From positions 800,001 through 864,000 of the forward strand of contig CAVTLK010000001.1 of the NCBI GenBank assembly GCA_963735595.1: a stretch of DNA of 64,000 bases, given 5' to 3'. Source of the stretch: an uncultured delta proteobacterium. Its GTDB lineage: Bacteria > Desulfobacterota > Zymogenia > Zymogenales > Zymogenaceae. The position numbers and the translations under genes are program-made. The notes beneath the pieces are model-generated. The model was not told where the DNA came from. It worked only from the letters and a program-made list of their open reading frames with translations, and did not search any database. Positions 19,301 to 27,623 of the stretch are shown in pieces; the stretch's first letter is position 1, and the number at the start of each line of letters is the position of its first letter.

Positions 19301-19453
19301 GTAGTCGGACTCGCCCAGACAGAAGCGGACCGAATCCCGCCTCAGGCTCAAGAGATCCCTTCCCTGTATGCCTTTCTGGCGGACGTAGGCAAGGATGTCT
19401 TCGAAAAGGGCCGCCCTCTTATCGAGGAGCTGATCTCTGAAACCTGATTCCAT
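16385..19453 (-). CDS. ~1020-aa protein with a C-terminal class III nucleotide-cyclase-like domain interrupted by a coiled coil
   Basis: GHLFVDLKGFT, NLLGDAITF, GLYISFG, KINEASRG, ALSEEA and TEVYEI occur in cyclase order. Start placed at ATG 19453, just after the radical SAM stop. Confidence 0.7.
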   Translation of the reverse strand: MESGFRDQLLDKRAALFEDILAYVRQKGIQGRDLLSLRRDSVRFCLGESDYDIRIPFIFGGGAEEIFEEATRELASLMKGRFEPSMVYDERGSIVVSVSDERVKLLQKGYRVAGVFKNRLETEIAVSTVYSDPLIDAGLIASWFSPSLHGRQFISELLRIYKKAIEEEMRLGASERTSLLVHLAVASILNDKKEIIKGVKIRGLSYEKLDRSISILYSNVIRAVVTEVFSSFKGKRLSHDFKEMEYLLLSTATPFFVLNIKSAILGNDLNPYNLTPKIASSLEDVYNQAARKAHSIVDVTKGMVDQIMRDKTLTEQIIEFHSIGSFRDDILDYLISFDNQKEGIHILFSEIAQDDKLLRALWEDSKLASRVETGLAEQVDRYRRDEGRVNKIKKITTNFKTHRRWGLIRIFSVGKETLTFQISEIVKRYIVYRMEFGYDSYFAASKRLLENRKRQIPLKELIREYDAGRLYRFGGDHKVFLIKTEEMKEGHLFVDLKGFTKRTKRSGSHVMADFLKNEFYVPILAAAKRYHLKIGRERSLGIELNNLLGDAITFSGNVVALVELAKEIQIITAEYKRELLRNNPDFDEKLMRQRQLDEYKSDLVTITKQKKQLVGTIKALDRIVESKRSMSPQAMLEAQMKLFDETIQDHIDAIGLVSQQIRDAANTPERDNRLAHETELREQLALIKASRDELVNEVEKQDLVKRSKEFYTEVCQDELNQIDRLKGMLADVRAKEREINQTYYERIGEISDLGVNTGLYISFGGVSEIITLYDDLWGDIKVSIADKINEASRGAQRNRSVKKRIERFLEKKRMEAHNPNLIYPFDVIIGNTLSIIKPLDEEADRFVRPAVGAVPSEGADLRESGGNGSGPEPFDGIFGVDENLLEEGFISENTDIYNLGEALSEEALREYIRGCRDRFYFFDRRVQRGELKADFDKIFAYDGTEIYLIFGVEQHGEARHVEMFRYAGIIDYAGTQKREVTEVYEIIRPDSLFYLFIMDRHFEKWYEASRSVEDVREGLLGT

Positions 19454-19470
19454 GAATCGGTCTATTATCC

Positions 19471-20343
19471 TTATAATCCGCGAAGATGTTCCGGTCGAAG
19501 GAGATCCGTCCTGTTTTGGGAAAGGACATGTCGGATAATCGAGAGGGCCTGTTCCTTTTCCTGCGGCAGCCTGATCCTCAGCGGGAGGTAATTGGAGGCA
19601 TGGTTCGAGGTAAACAGGCAATCGGTGACATCGGTATGGGTTAACATCGCCCCCAGCTCCTCGAGGAGCCCCCAGGTATCGGGCAGTACATACTCACCCC
19701 GCACCTGCCGCTCGGCCAGTGGAGTCCCCGGCACGACCATAACGGTGAGCGCGCCGATATAGTCCGGGTTCATTTCCGAGAGAACCTTTCCGCTCTGCTC
19801 GGCGTGAACGATGCTTCTTTCAATCCCCGCGATCCCGACCAATACCGTGACCGATAATAGTATACCGGCCTCCCGCACCCGGTGGGCCGCCTCAATCATA
19901 GCCGGGACGTCTGCTCCCTTCCGGATTTCATCGAGGACCTGCGGGTCACCGCTCTCAAGCCCGAGGTAGACGATACCGAGCCCCATGTCCTTTAGCTCAC
20001 TAAGCTCTTCCGGGCTTTTCTTGAGGATGCTCTTGGCGTTACCGTAGACGCCGATCCTCTCGATATCGGGAAAGGACGCGTTAATCTCGGCAACGATAGG
20101 CGCCAGCATACGCTGGGGGATGATGAGGGCGTCGCCGTCGGCTAAAAAGACCCGCCTGACACCTCGGTACCGGCGCGCCCCGTCCAGGTCTTCGCGGATC
20201 TCCTCTATGCTCCGGATTCTGAAACGCTTCCCTTTATAGGTGGGACAAAACGTGCACCGGTTATGGGAGCATCCGAGGGTCACCTGAAGTATGAGGCTGC
20301 CCGCTTCGCTGGGTGGGCGTATGACAATGCCTTCGTATCTCAT
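19471..20343 (-). CDS. Radical SAM protein, function unknown
   Basis: IRPPSEA..LILQVTLGCSHNRCTFC, FLADGDAL, YLGLESG and SNHASNYL. Confidence 0.88.
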   Translation of the reverse strand: MRYEGIVIRPPSEAGSLILQVTLGCSHNRCTFCPTYKGKRFRIRSIEEIREDLDGARRYRGVRRVFLADGDALIIPQRMLAPIVAEINASFPDIERIGVYGNAKSILKKSPEELSELKDMGLGIVYLGLESGDPQVLDEIRKGADVPAMIEAAHRVREAGILLSVTVLVGIAGIERSIVHAEQSGKVLSEMNPDYIGALTVMVVPGTPLAERQVRGEYVLPDTWGLLEELGAMLTHTDVTDCLFTSNHASNYLPLRIRLPQEKEQALSIIRHVLSQNRTDLLRPEHLRGL

Positions 20344-20449
20344 TTCGATGTGCGGGCGCGACCGCCGCGTTATCGCGTCGGCTGTTACGCGCGCCTGGCG
20401 CGGGTAACAACCGGCAGGCGATTTTCACGGGCAGGGCCTTCGTATCTTC

Positions 20450-20827
20450 CTATTTCTTCTTTCTTGTCGCCGGGGCCTTTTTCTTTTCCTTGGCGTCCGT
20501 CGGCGCCGCCGTGTCCGGCTCTCCGGGCTGCAGCGCCTCTGTCTGCGGCCCCGCGGCAAGCTCCGCCTTGAGCTTCGTGTTTTCCTTCCGGAGCTTCCGG
20601 TTATTTATGCTGAGGGACGTCCGCTCGATAACCTCCAAAAGCGACATCACGATGATCGTGATCAGTATGGCGATGTAGAAAAACGCGAAGAGCGGAAGCT
20701 CAAACGATTGATAGGTCACCCCGCCGTACGAAAGCAAGACCAGGGAAGTCGGCGCCTGATTGTAATGGGCGAAGATCACCAGGATCAACAGGACGATCGC
20801 AAACAGGATAATTTTAATATACTTCAT
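20450..20827 (-). CDS. LapA-family membrane protein
   Basis: Two transmembrane segments with FAHYN, then a coiled-coil tail (RKLRKENTKLKAEL). Directly follows the HIT gene. Confidence 0.65.
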   Translation of the reverse strand: MKYIKIILFAIVLLILVIFAHYNQAPTSLVLLSYGGVTYQSFELPLFAFFYIAILITIIVMSLLEVIERTSLSINNRKLRKENTKLKAELAAGPQTEALQPGEPDTAAPTDAKEKKKAPATRKKK

Positions 20828-21345
20828 AGTCCCTCCTCACGCAATGGTGCCGTCCGATACGCGTCCAGCAGCTTGTCGTAAGTCGATTGTATATGCTCGG
20901 AGATAACCTTTACCTCTCCGATAACCGGCATGAAATTAGTGTCGCCGTCCCAGCGGGGAACGACGTGTACGTGCAGGTGATCCTCCACGCCGGCGCCCGC
21001 CGTCTTACCGAGGTTGAGCCCGATATTAAAACCGTGGGGATTCATGGTTCTGTGAAAGACGTCAATAAACGCCTGGACAAACCCGAATATTTCCGCGATC
21101 TCGTTTTGATCGAGGCTTCCGAAATCCCCCGTATGCCGGATCGGCGCCACCATCAGATGGCCGTTATTATAGGGATACTTATTCATGATGACAAAGGAAC
21201 GGCTCCCCCGCGCGAGGATGAGGTTGCCCCGATCGTCGGCCTGGGCAAACCGGTTGCAGAAAATACACCCCTTCTCTTTTTGCCCGGCAATATACTCCAT
21301 CCTCCACGGCGCCCAGAGGATCTCGCGGTGATCGGTGTCGCTCAA
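20824..21345 (-). CDS. HIT family hydrolase (Ap4A phosphorylase type)
   Basis: LWAPWRMEYI, CIFC, NKYPYNNGHLM and HLHVHVVPRW. Probable TTG start overlaps the upstream stop. Confidence 0.9.
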   Translation of the reverse strand: MSDTDHREILWAPWRMEYIAGQKEKGCIFCNRFAQADDRGNLILARGSRSFVIMNKYPYNNGHLMVAPIRHTGDFGSLDQNEIAEIFGFVQAFIDVFHRTMNPHGFNIGLNLGKTAGAGVEDHLHVHVVPRWDGDTNFMPVIGEVKVISEHIQSTYDKLLDAYRTAPLREEGL

Positions 21346-21827
21346 ATCTCCTGGATCTCCCCGGTTATCGTGTTGTTGGCGATAGTCAGAAACCCGAGCG
21401 TATTCTTCTCGGCAAATCGTTTGTCGGTTGGGGACCCGGGGTTGAGCATAAGGACGCCCTGCTGGTTTCCGAGAAACGGGGCATGGCTGTGGCCGAATAC
21501 AATGCAGTCGACCGTGTCGGACCGGAATTCTTCCAAGACCCGTACCGGCAGCCCGTCGGGGGACCCCCAGCCGTGGGTGATACCGATTCGCTTTCCTTCC
21601 AGTTCTTCGATCCTTTTCCCCGGCAGCGACTCGGCCAGCGTCCCGCGATCCATGTTGCCTCTCACGGCCATGAGGTGCCACGTCGAAAGGAAGCGAAAGA
21701 CGCTCTCCTCGACGATATCACCGGCGTGGACAATCACGTCCACGTCGGAAAAGTAGCGCCGCACCAATCGGGTAAACCGATCGTCAACGGCGGTCAGGTG
21801 CGTGTCAGATATGACACCGATCTTCAT
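21342..21827 (-). CDS. YfcE/MJ0936-type metallophosphoesterase
   Basis: SDTH, HAGD, RGNMD, THG, FGHSH and NPGS. Confidence 0.9.
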   Translation of the reverse strand: MKIGVISDTHLTAVDDRFTRLVRRYFSDVDVIVHAGDIVEESVFRFLSTWHLMAVRGNMDRGTLAESLPGKRIEELEGKRIGITHGWGSPDGLPVRVLEEFRSDTVDCIVFGHSHAPFLGNQQGVLMLNPGSPTDKRFAEKNTLGFLTIANNTITGEIQEI

Positions 21828-21847
21828 GCCAATTCTCCGATGCCACA

Positions 21848-21917
21848 CTATAGAATAAAAGCGCGAATAAATCAACAGTAAAAACTATTTGCGCCCAAAA
21901 ACCGCCGGTGGTACAAT
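21848..21917. promoter_or_regulatory. Back-to-back promoters for yfcE (-) and dciA (+)
   Basis: Minus strand TTGATT-N17-TATAGT. Plus strand TTGCGC (21889), 17-nt spacer, TACAAT (21912-21917) with extended TG. Confidence 0.5.
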
Positions 21918-21922
21918 CACCT

Positions 21923-22249
21923 ATGACCCGCGACGATGATACCGGAACTCCTTCCAGGCTGTCGGACATCCTGAGCGCAATCCTCAAGGACAGGGGATGG
22001 AACAGGGTCGTCAGGGAGCACCGGGTCTTTGAGGAATGGGACGGAGCCGTCGGCGCGATTATCGCGAAAAACGCCCAGCCGGTCAGGATCGATCGGGGCG
22101 TGATTGTGGCGGTCGTCACGAGCCCGGTATGGACCCAGGAGCTGTCACTGCTCAAGGAAACGATCATCGGGCGGCTCAATGACCGTCTCGGTGAGCCGCT
22201 GGTGTCAGATATCCGGTTTATTCAGGGAGAGATACCCGGCGATTCGTAG
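21923..22249 (+). CDS. dciA: DUF721/DciA family protein
   Basis: WDGAVG..IA.NAQP, V.SPVWTQEL and I..RLN...DIRF. Confidence 0.75.
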   Translation: MTRDDDTGTPSRLSDILSAILKDRGWNRVVREHRVFEEWDGAVGAIIAKNAQPVRIDRGVIVAVVTSPVWTQELSLLKETIIGRLNDRLGEPLVSDIRFIQGEIPGDS

Positions 22250-22397
22250 GAGCCTGCGGTAGACACGCGCCCTGCTCGGGGTTTATACTCTAACCCGCAA
22301 CGACCGGTGGCTTGACCGCGGGCGTCCTTCGACGGCCTTTTCGCGGCATCACCGCTTCCGGGGCTGTGCCGAGGAGGGCCGGGGTTGAAAGGAGATA

Positions 22398-22736
22398 TCA
22401 GGCCGGCGGGTTCTGACAGACCAGGGTTACCTCGTTGATCCACCGGACGTAGTCATCCAGCGCGTGGGTGATAGGAAGCGAGATGATCTCCGGTATCTTG
22501 TAGCTGTGGAGCCCCTGGATGGCCTGCTTCACCTGCTCGAAGAGCTCGGCGCGGGTCTTGATAATCAACAGGTATTCCTCGCTGGATTCAACCTTCCCTT
22601 CCCACGTGTAAATCGACCGCATATTCGGGATGATGCTCACGCAGGCCGCCAGCTTTGTATTCACCAGTTCGTTTGCAATCTTATCGGCTTCGTTCTGACT
22701 GCTTGCCGACACCAGCACTACCGAAGAACCAGTCAT
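22398..22736 (-). CDS. cutA: Divalent-cation tolerance protein CutA
   Basis: KLAACV, SIYTWEGKVE and LHSYKIPEII. Confidence 0.92.
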   Translation of the reverse strand: MTGSSVVLVSASSQNEADKIANELVNTKLAACVSIIPNMRSIYTWEGKVESSEEYLLIIKTRAELFEQVKQAIQGLHSYKIPEIISLPITHALDDYVRWINEVTLVCQNPPA

Positions 22737-22765
22737 AGCGCCTCCTCATGGATCATGGGCGAACG

Positions 22766-24106
22766 TTATGGACCAGCATGCCGGTCTTTCCTGATACCGT
22801 CAATCTTCTCCGTCCAGGATCGTATCTCCTCCAGGGCCCTGTTGGCGATATATCGTTTCCTATCCTTCTTCCGTACCTCGGGCGGGGGACTTGAAAAGAG
22901 CCCGAAATTGATGTTCATCGGCTGAAAATCCCCGCCGCGGGCTTCGGTTATATAAGAAACCAGGCTGCCAATCGCGCTGCTTCGCGGAGGGACGAGCGGC
23001 CCCTCCCCCAGGGCAAGGAGACCCGCGTTGAGCCCCGCGACGATACCCATTGCCGCCGATTCAACGTACCCCTCGACTCCCACCAGCTGTCCCGTTAAAA
23101 AAAAGCCCGGCCTTGTCTTGATCTCGAGGGTCGGAAAAATAATCCGGGGAGCGTTGATAAAGGTGTTTCGGTGGATGCTTCCGTATCGTGCGAACTGGGC
23201 GTTTTCCAGGCCCGGGATCATCCGAAATATCCGCTCCTGGTCTTTTTGTTTGAGCCGCGTCTGAAATCCGACCATATTGAAGAGGGTTCCTTCGCTGTTC
23301 TCATGTCTCAGCTGAACCACCGCGAAGGGACGAAGCCCCGTCTTGGGGTCGGTCAATCCCACCGGCTTCATCGGGCCGAACGCAAGCGTATCATCTCCGC
23401 GTTTTACCATGACCTCGATGGGCAGGCACCCTTCGAAGATCTTGGTGTCCTCAAACGAGTGGGGGAGCACCTCGTCGGCGCGTTTGACCTCCCGTATGAA
23501 CCGGTAGTAGCACTCCTCGGTCAGCGGCAGATTGATGTAGTCGTCGCCCCCCTTGTCGTAGCGCGAGCCCATGAAGGCAACCTCCATGTTGATACTCTCG
23601 GCCGTGACAATGGGTGAGATGGCGTCGTAAAAAAACAGGTTATCCTTGCCCGTTACCCGGATGATCGCTTCGGCAAGGGCGTCGGAAGTCAGGGGGCCGG
23701 TAGCCACCACCGTGGGAACGTCCTCGGGCAGTGATGTAATTTCCTGTCTGACGACTGTGACCGCCGGATGCGCGCTCATCCGCTCGGTAATGGCGGAAGA
23801 GAACCGCTCCCTATCCACCGCCAGCGCCGAGCCCGCCGGAACCCTGGTTTGGTGGGCGGCGGCAATTATGATCGAATCAAGCGTCTCCATCTCGCGTTTG
23901 AGAATCCCTGAGGCATTTTCGGTTGACTCGGCTCTCAACGAATTGCTGCACACGAGCTCCGCCATTGCCTGGTTGGTATGCGCCGGCGAAAACTTCGTCG
24001 GTTTCATTTCGTAGAGGGTAACGGCCACCCCCATGTTGGCCGCCCGCCACGCGGCCTCGCAACCGGCAAGACCGGCGCCGATCACGGTGATGTGGGGTCG
24101 TTTCAT
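22766..24106 (-). CDS. trmFO: Folate/FAD-dependent tRNA m5U54 methyltransferase
   Basis: GAGLAGCEAA, AELVCSNS, FEGCLPIE, FGPMKPVGL, HRNTFIN and GVEGYVESAA. Confidence 0.96.
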   Translation of the reverse strand: MKRPHITVIGAGLAGCEAAWRAANMGVAVTLYEMKPTKFSPAHTNQAMAELVCSNSLRAESTENASGILKREMETLDSIIIAAAHQTRVPAGSALAVDRERFSSAITERMSAHPAVTVVRQEITSLPEDVPTVVATGPLTSDALAEAIIRVTGKDNLFFYDAISPIVTAESINMEVAFMGSRYDKGGDDYINLPLTEECYYRFIREVKRADEVLPHSFEDTKIFEGCLPIEVMVKRGDDTLAFGPMKPVGLTDPKTGLRPFAVVQLRHENSEGTLFNMVGFQTRLKQKDQERIFRMIPGLENAQFARYGSIHRNTFINAPRIIFPTLEIKTRPGFFLTGQLVGVEGYVESAAMGIVAGLNAGLLALGEGPLVPPRSSAIGSLVSYITEARGGDFQPMNINFGLFSSPPPEVRKKDRKRYIANRALEEIRSWTEKIDGIRKDRHAGP

Positions 24107-26400
24107 GAGGCGCCCGGCTCCTTCTTGACGTCAATACGCTCCGAATAGCCGCACCCCTCCGCCGGGCAGACCAGCATCTGGTCCTCCCCCTTCTTCTCCT
24201 TGAGCGTCATGAACGGCGAGCCGCACTTCGGACATGGTTTATTAAAGGGCTTGTTGGAGATGATATATTTGCAGTCGGGATATCGCGAGCACCCGTAAAA
24301 CGCCCTCCCCTTCGTCCTGCCCTTGCTGCTCCTGCGCTCGATGAGGGTGCCCGCCTTGCACTCGGGGCAGGTTACGCCGGTATCCACCGCCTTCTTGAGA
24401 GACTTGATGTTCCTGCATTCCGGGTATCCCGTGCACCCGAGGAACGGCCCGAACCTGCCCTTCTTTACCTGCATGGGCTTTCCGCACTTGTCGCAGATCT
24501 CCTCGGTCGCCGGGACCTCCTGGACGTCGCCCTCCAGCGGCGCGACGTATCGGCAGTCCGGGTATCCGTTGCAGGCGTAGAACCTCCCGTACCTCCCCAG
24601 CTTGATGACAACCTGCTTGCCGCAGAGGGGGCAGGTCTTATCCGTCGGCTGGGTGGTGATATCGCTCTTCTTGATCTCCTTATCCTTGCTGATGATCAGG
24701 TTATTGAAGGGTTCCCAGAAGTCCTTGATCATAGGCCGCCACTGTATCAGGCCCGCGGCGATATTGTCCAGGTCCTCTTCCATGTGGGCGGTAAATCCGT
24801 AGTCGACGTACCGGTTGAAGTGCGCCACCAACAGATCGTTGACCACCATGCCGATATCCTCGGGGAAAAACCGTCTCTCTTTGAGCGTAACGTATTGGCG
24901 CGTCTTGAGGGTATTGATGATCCCCGCGTAGGTAGAGGGCCGTCCGATGCCGTATTCCTCCAGCGCCTTGATGAGGGTCGCCTCGGAGTACCGGGGGGGC
25001 GGCGCCGTAAAATGCTGTTCCGGTACGATCCCGATGGCCGTGAGTGGATCGTCCGGCGCAAGGGTCGGCAACTTCGTCTCCCGATCCTCGGCCTCGTCGT
25101 CGACCCCCTCCAGATAGACCTTCGAAAAACCCGGGAACTTCACCGTGTATCCGGTCGATCGGAAAGTGTAGCCGTTATCGCTGACGATATCCACCGAGAC
25201 CGAGTCGAGGATCTGTTCGGACATCTGGGACGCAATCGTCCGTTTCCAGACGAGTTCGTAAAGCCTCAGCTCATCCTTGGTCAGGTATTTCCTGACCGAC
25301 TCCGGGGTTCGCGCGAGCGACGTGGGACGGATCGCCTCGTGGGCCTCCTGGGCGCCCTTGGCCTTCGCCCGATAGAACCGCGGTTTGGCCAGGGCGTACG
25401 ATTCCCCGAAGAGCCCGACGATAACCTGCCGCGCTTCGGCCAGCGCCGACGCGGCGATCTGGACACTGTCGGTCCTCATGTACGTAATCAGGCCGACCAT
25501 AGAATCGCCGATTTCCTTGCCCTCGTAGAGCTTCTGGGCCACGTCCATCGTCTTTTTCGCGAAAAATCCGAGCTTTCGGGACGCCTCCTGCTGGAGCGTG
25601 CTGGTGATAAACGGGGGAGGAGGCGTTCGCCGGACGTCTTTGCGCCGAACCTCGCCTACCCTGAACACCGCCCGGTCCAGCGCATCGACGACGGCCAGCG
25701 CCGCCGCCTCGTCGGCGATATCGAATTTATCGTATTTCTTTCCGTCGCGCGCCGTCAGCGTCGCGGTGAAGGGCTCATACGCGCCCTCCTTGGTGAATAT
25801 CCCCTCGACCGTCCAGAATTCCCGGGGAGCAAATCCCTCTATTTCCCGCTCCCGCTCGCAGATTATCCTCAACGCAACCGACTGTACCCTGCCGGCCGAC
25901 AGGCGGTATCGGATCTTTTTCCAGAGCAGCGGGGAGAGGTTGAAACCCACCAGGTAGTCGAGGATGACGCGCGCCTGCTGGGCGTCAACAAGGTTCTGGG
26001 AGATAGCTCGGGGGTTGGCGAAGGCCGCCTGTATGGCGTCCTTCGTTACCTCGGAAAAGACGACCCGGTGCACCGTTACGCCCTTCGTATCCCCGTCATC
26101 AATCCCGAGGACCGCGGCAAGATGCCAGGCGATCGCCTCGCCCTCTCGGTCAAGGTCGGTCGCCAGGTAGACCGTGGTAACGCCTTTCATCTCGGCCACG
26201 ATGCGGTCGATGTATTTCTTCTTTTCCTCGAGAACTTCGTAGACGGGGGTGAAGTCATGGTCAACGTCCACCGAGCCGTCCTTGCTGGGCAGCGAACGCA
26301 CGTGCCCGTACGATGCCACCACCTTGTAGGAGGCGCCGAGGTATTTCTCGATGGTCTTGGCCTTGGCCGGCGATTCGACGATAACCAGTGACTTTGCCAT
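24103..26400 (-). CDS. topA: DNA topoisomerase I with C-terminal zinc ribbons
   Basis: LVIVESPAKAKTI, DLDREGEAI, SAGRVQS, ITYMRTDS, GIGRPSTY and C4 zinc ribbons. Confidence 0.97.
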   Translation of the reverse strand: MAKSLVIVESPAKAKTIEKYLGASYKVVASYGHVRSLPSKDGSVDVDHDFTPVYEVLEEKKKYIDRIVAEMKGVTTVYLATDLDREGEAIAWHLAAVLGIDDGDTKGVTVHRVVFSEVTKDAIQAAFANPRAISQNLVDAQQARVILDYLVGFNLSPLLWKKIRYRLSAGRVQSVALRIICEREREIEGFAPREFWTVEGIFTKEGAYEPFTATLTARDGKKYDKFDIADEAAALAVVDALDRAVFRVGEVRRKDVRRTPPPPFITSTLQQEASRKLGFFAKKTMDVAQKLYEGKEIGDSMVGLITYMRTDSVQIAASALAEARQVIVGLFGESYALAKPRFYRAKAKGAQEAHEAIRPTSLARTPESVRKYLTKDELRLYELVWKRTIASQMSEQILDSVSVDIVSDNGYTFRSTGYTVKFPGFSKVYLEGVDDEAEDRETKLPTLAPDDPLTAIGIVPEQHFTAPPPRYSEATLIKALEEYGIGRPSTYAGIINTLKTRQYVTLKERRFFPEDIGMVVNDLLVAHFNRYVDYGFTAHMEEDLDNIAAGLIQWRPMIKDFWEPFNNLIISKDKEIKKSDITTQPTDKTCPLCGKQVVIKLGRYGRFYACNGYPDCRYVAPLEGDVQEVPATEEICDKCGKPMQVKKGRFGPFLGCTGYPECRNIKSLKKAVDTGVTCPECKAGTLIERRSSKGRTKGRAFYGCSRYPDCKYIISNKPFNKPCPKCGSPFMTLKEKKGEDQMLVCPAEGCGYSERIDVKKEPGAS

Positions 26401-26418
26401 AGTCAGCGTAAACCCGTT

Positions 26419-27525
26419 CTAAAGGGTATTGAGGATAAAGTTATTGCCCGATATCTGTTTGACCAGCCCCCGGAGCTCCAGGTCCAACAGGATCGCCAGG
26501 ACGTCCTGGCTCCTGAACCCGCTGCCCTCGATGATCGCCTCGATAGAGACGGGGCCGCTCTCGATGCACCGTAAGACCGTCCGCTCGGCATCCGAGAGGT
26601 CCTCGGGAAGCAATATCGGTTTCTCGCCGCCCTCCCCGTGCGCCGGGTCTCCAAGGGCAAAGGCCAGCTCTTCGATGACGTCTTCGGCGCTTTCCACCAG
26701 CTTTGCCCCTTCGCGGATCAGGGTGTGGGTTCCGCGGGAGCGCATCGAGGTAATATTTCCCGGGACGGCGAACACCTCCCGGTTTTGTTCGAGCGCAAGC
26801 TTGGCGGTGATAAGCGCCCCGCTATTGGGCGACGCTTCCGCGATCACCACGCCCAGTGAAACCCCGCTGATGATCCGGTTCCTCTTCGGGAAATTGGTCA
26901 TCTCGGGCTCGGTCCCGAAGGGGAATTCGCTGATCACCGCCCCGTTCTCGACGATCTCGGCAAACAACGGTCGGTTTTCCGACGGATAGATAACGTCTAT
27001 CCCGGAGCCCAGGACGGCGATCGTCCTGCCCTTTTGTCTCAGCGCACCCAGATGGGCCGCCGAATCGATTCCCCGGGCCATGCCGCTGACCACCGTTATC
27101 CCCCGGGCCGCCAGGCCCCGGGCGATTGTCTCCGCGCAAATCAGCCCGTACCGGCTCGAATTGCGCGATCCGACCACGGCAACGGCCCGCCGGTCCCGGT
27201 CGGTAAACGAGCCCTTCAGGTAAAGGATCGGGGGGGCGTCGTAAATCTCTCTGAGCCTCGCCGGGTAGGCCGCGTCTTCGAGGCTGACGATCGTCACGTC
27301 CGCATCGGCGGCGCGTCCCACCTCGTCCTGCACGGCCCCCCAGCCGTTAAACGACGCGATGGCCGACGCCCGCGAGCTTCCCACCCCCTCGACGCCGGAA
27401 AGATCCCGCCTGCCGGCCCGAAAGACCGCCTCTGCGCCCCCGAAACGGTCGACGAGTTTCTTATACGTTACGCTGCCGACTCCGCTAATGGAGGCCAGCG
27501 CTATGGAATAGTGACGCGCGTCCAT
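26419..27525 (-). CDS. dprA: DNA-processing protein DprA
   Basis: AVVGSR, VSGMARGIDSAAH, FPKRNRIISG, SGALITA and REVFAVPG. Confidence 0.96.
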   Translation of the reverse strand: MDARHYSIALASISGVGSVTYKKLVDRFGGAEAVFRAGRRDLSGVEGVGSSRASAIASFNGWGAVQDEVGRAADADVTIVSLEDAAYPARLREIYDAPPILYLKGSFTDRDRRAVAVVGSRNSSRYGLICAETIARGLAARGITVVSGMARGIDSAAHLGALRQKGRTIAVLGSGIDVIYPSENRPLFAEIVENGAVISEFPFGTEPEMTNFPKRNRIISGVSLGVVIAEASPNSGALITAKLALEQNREVFAVPGNITSMRSRGTHTLIREGAKLVESAEDVIEELAFALGDPAHGEGGEKPILLPEDLSDAERTVLRCIESGPVSIEAIIEGSGFRSQDVLAILLDLELRGLVKQISGNNFILNTL

Positions 27526-27567
27526 CGGGAAAAGAAGTATATAGCTTTTACCGTCTAAGTCAAGATG

Positions 27568-27597
27568 AAAAACGGCGCCGAGAATTCCCGACGCCGT
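27568..27597 (-). terminator. Intrinsic terminator after the LysM gene
   Basis: Minus strand ACGGCGTCGGGAATTCTCGGCGCCGT followed by a T-run. Confidence 0.55.
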
Positions 27598-27623
27598 GCG
27601 CGATATCTCCCGGGATTACCCGT

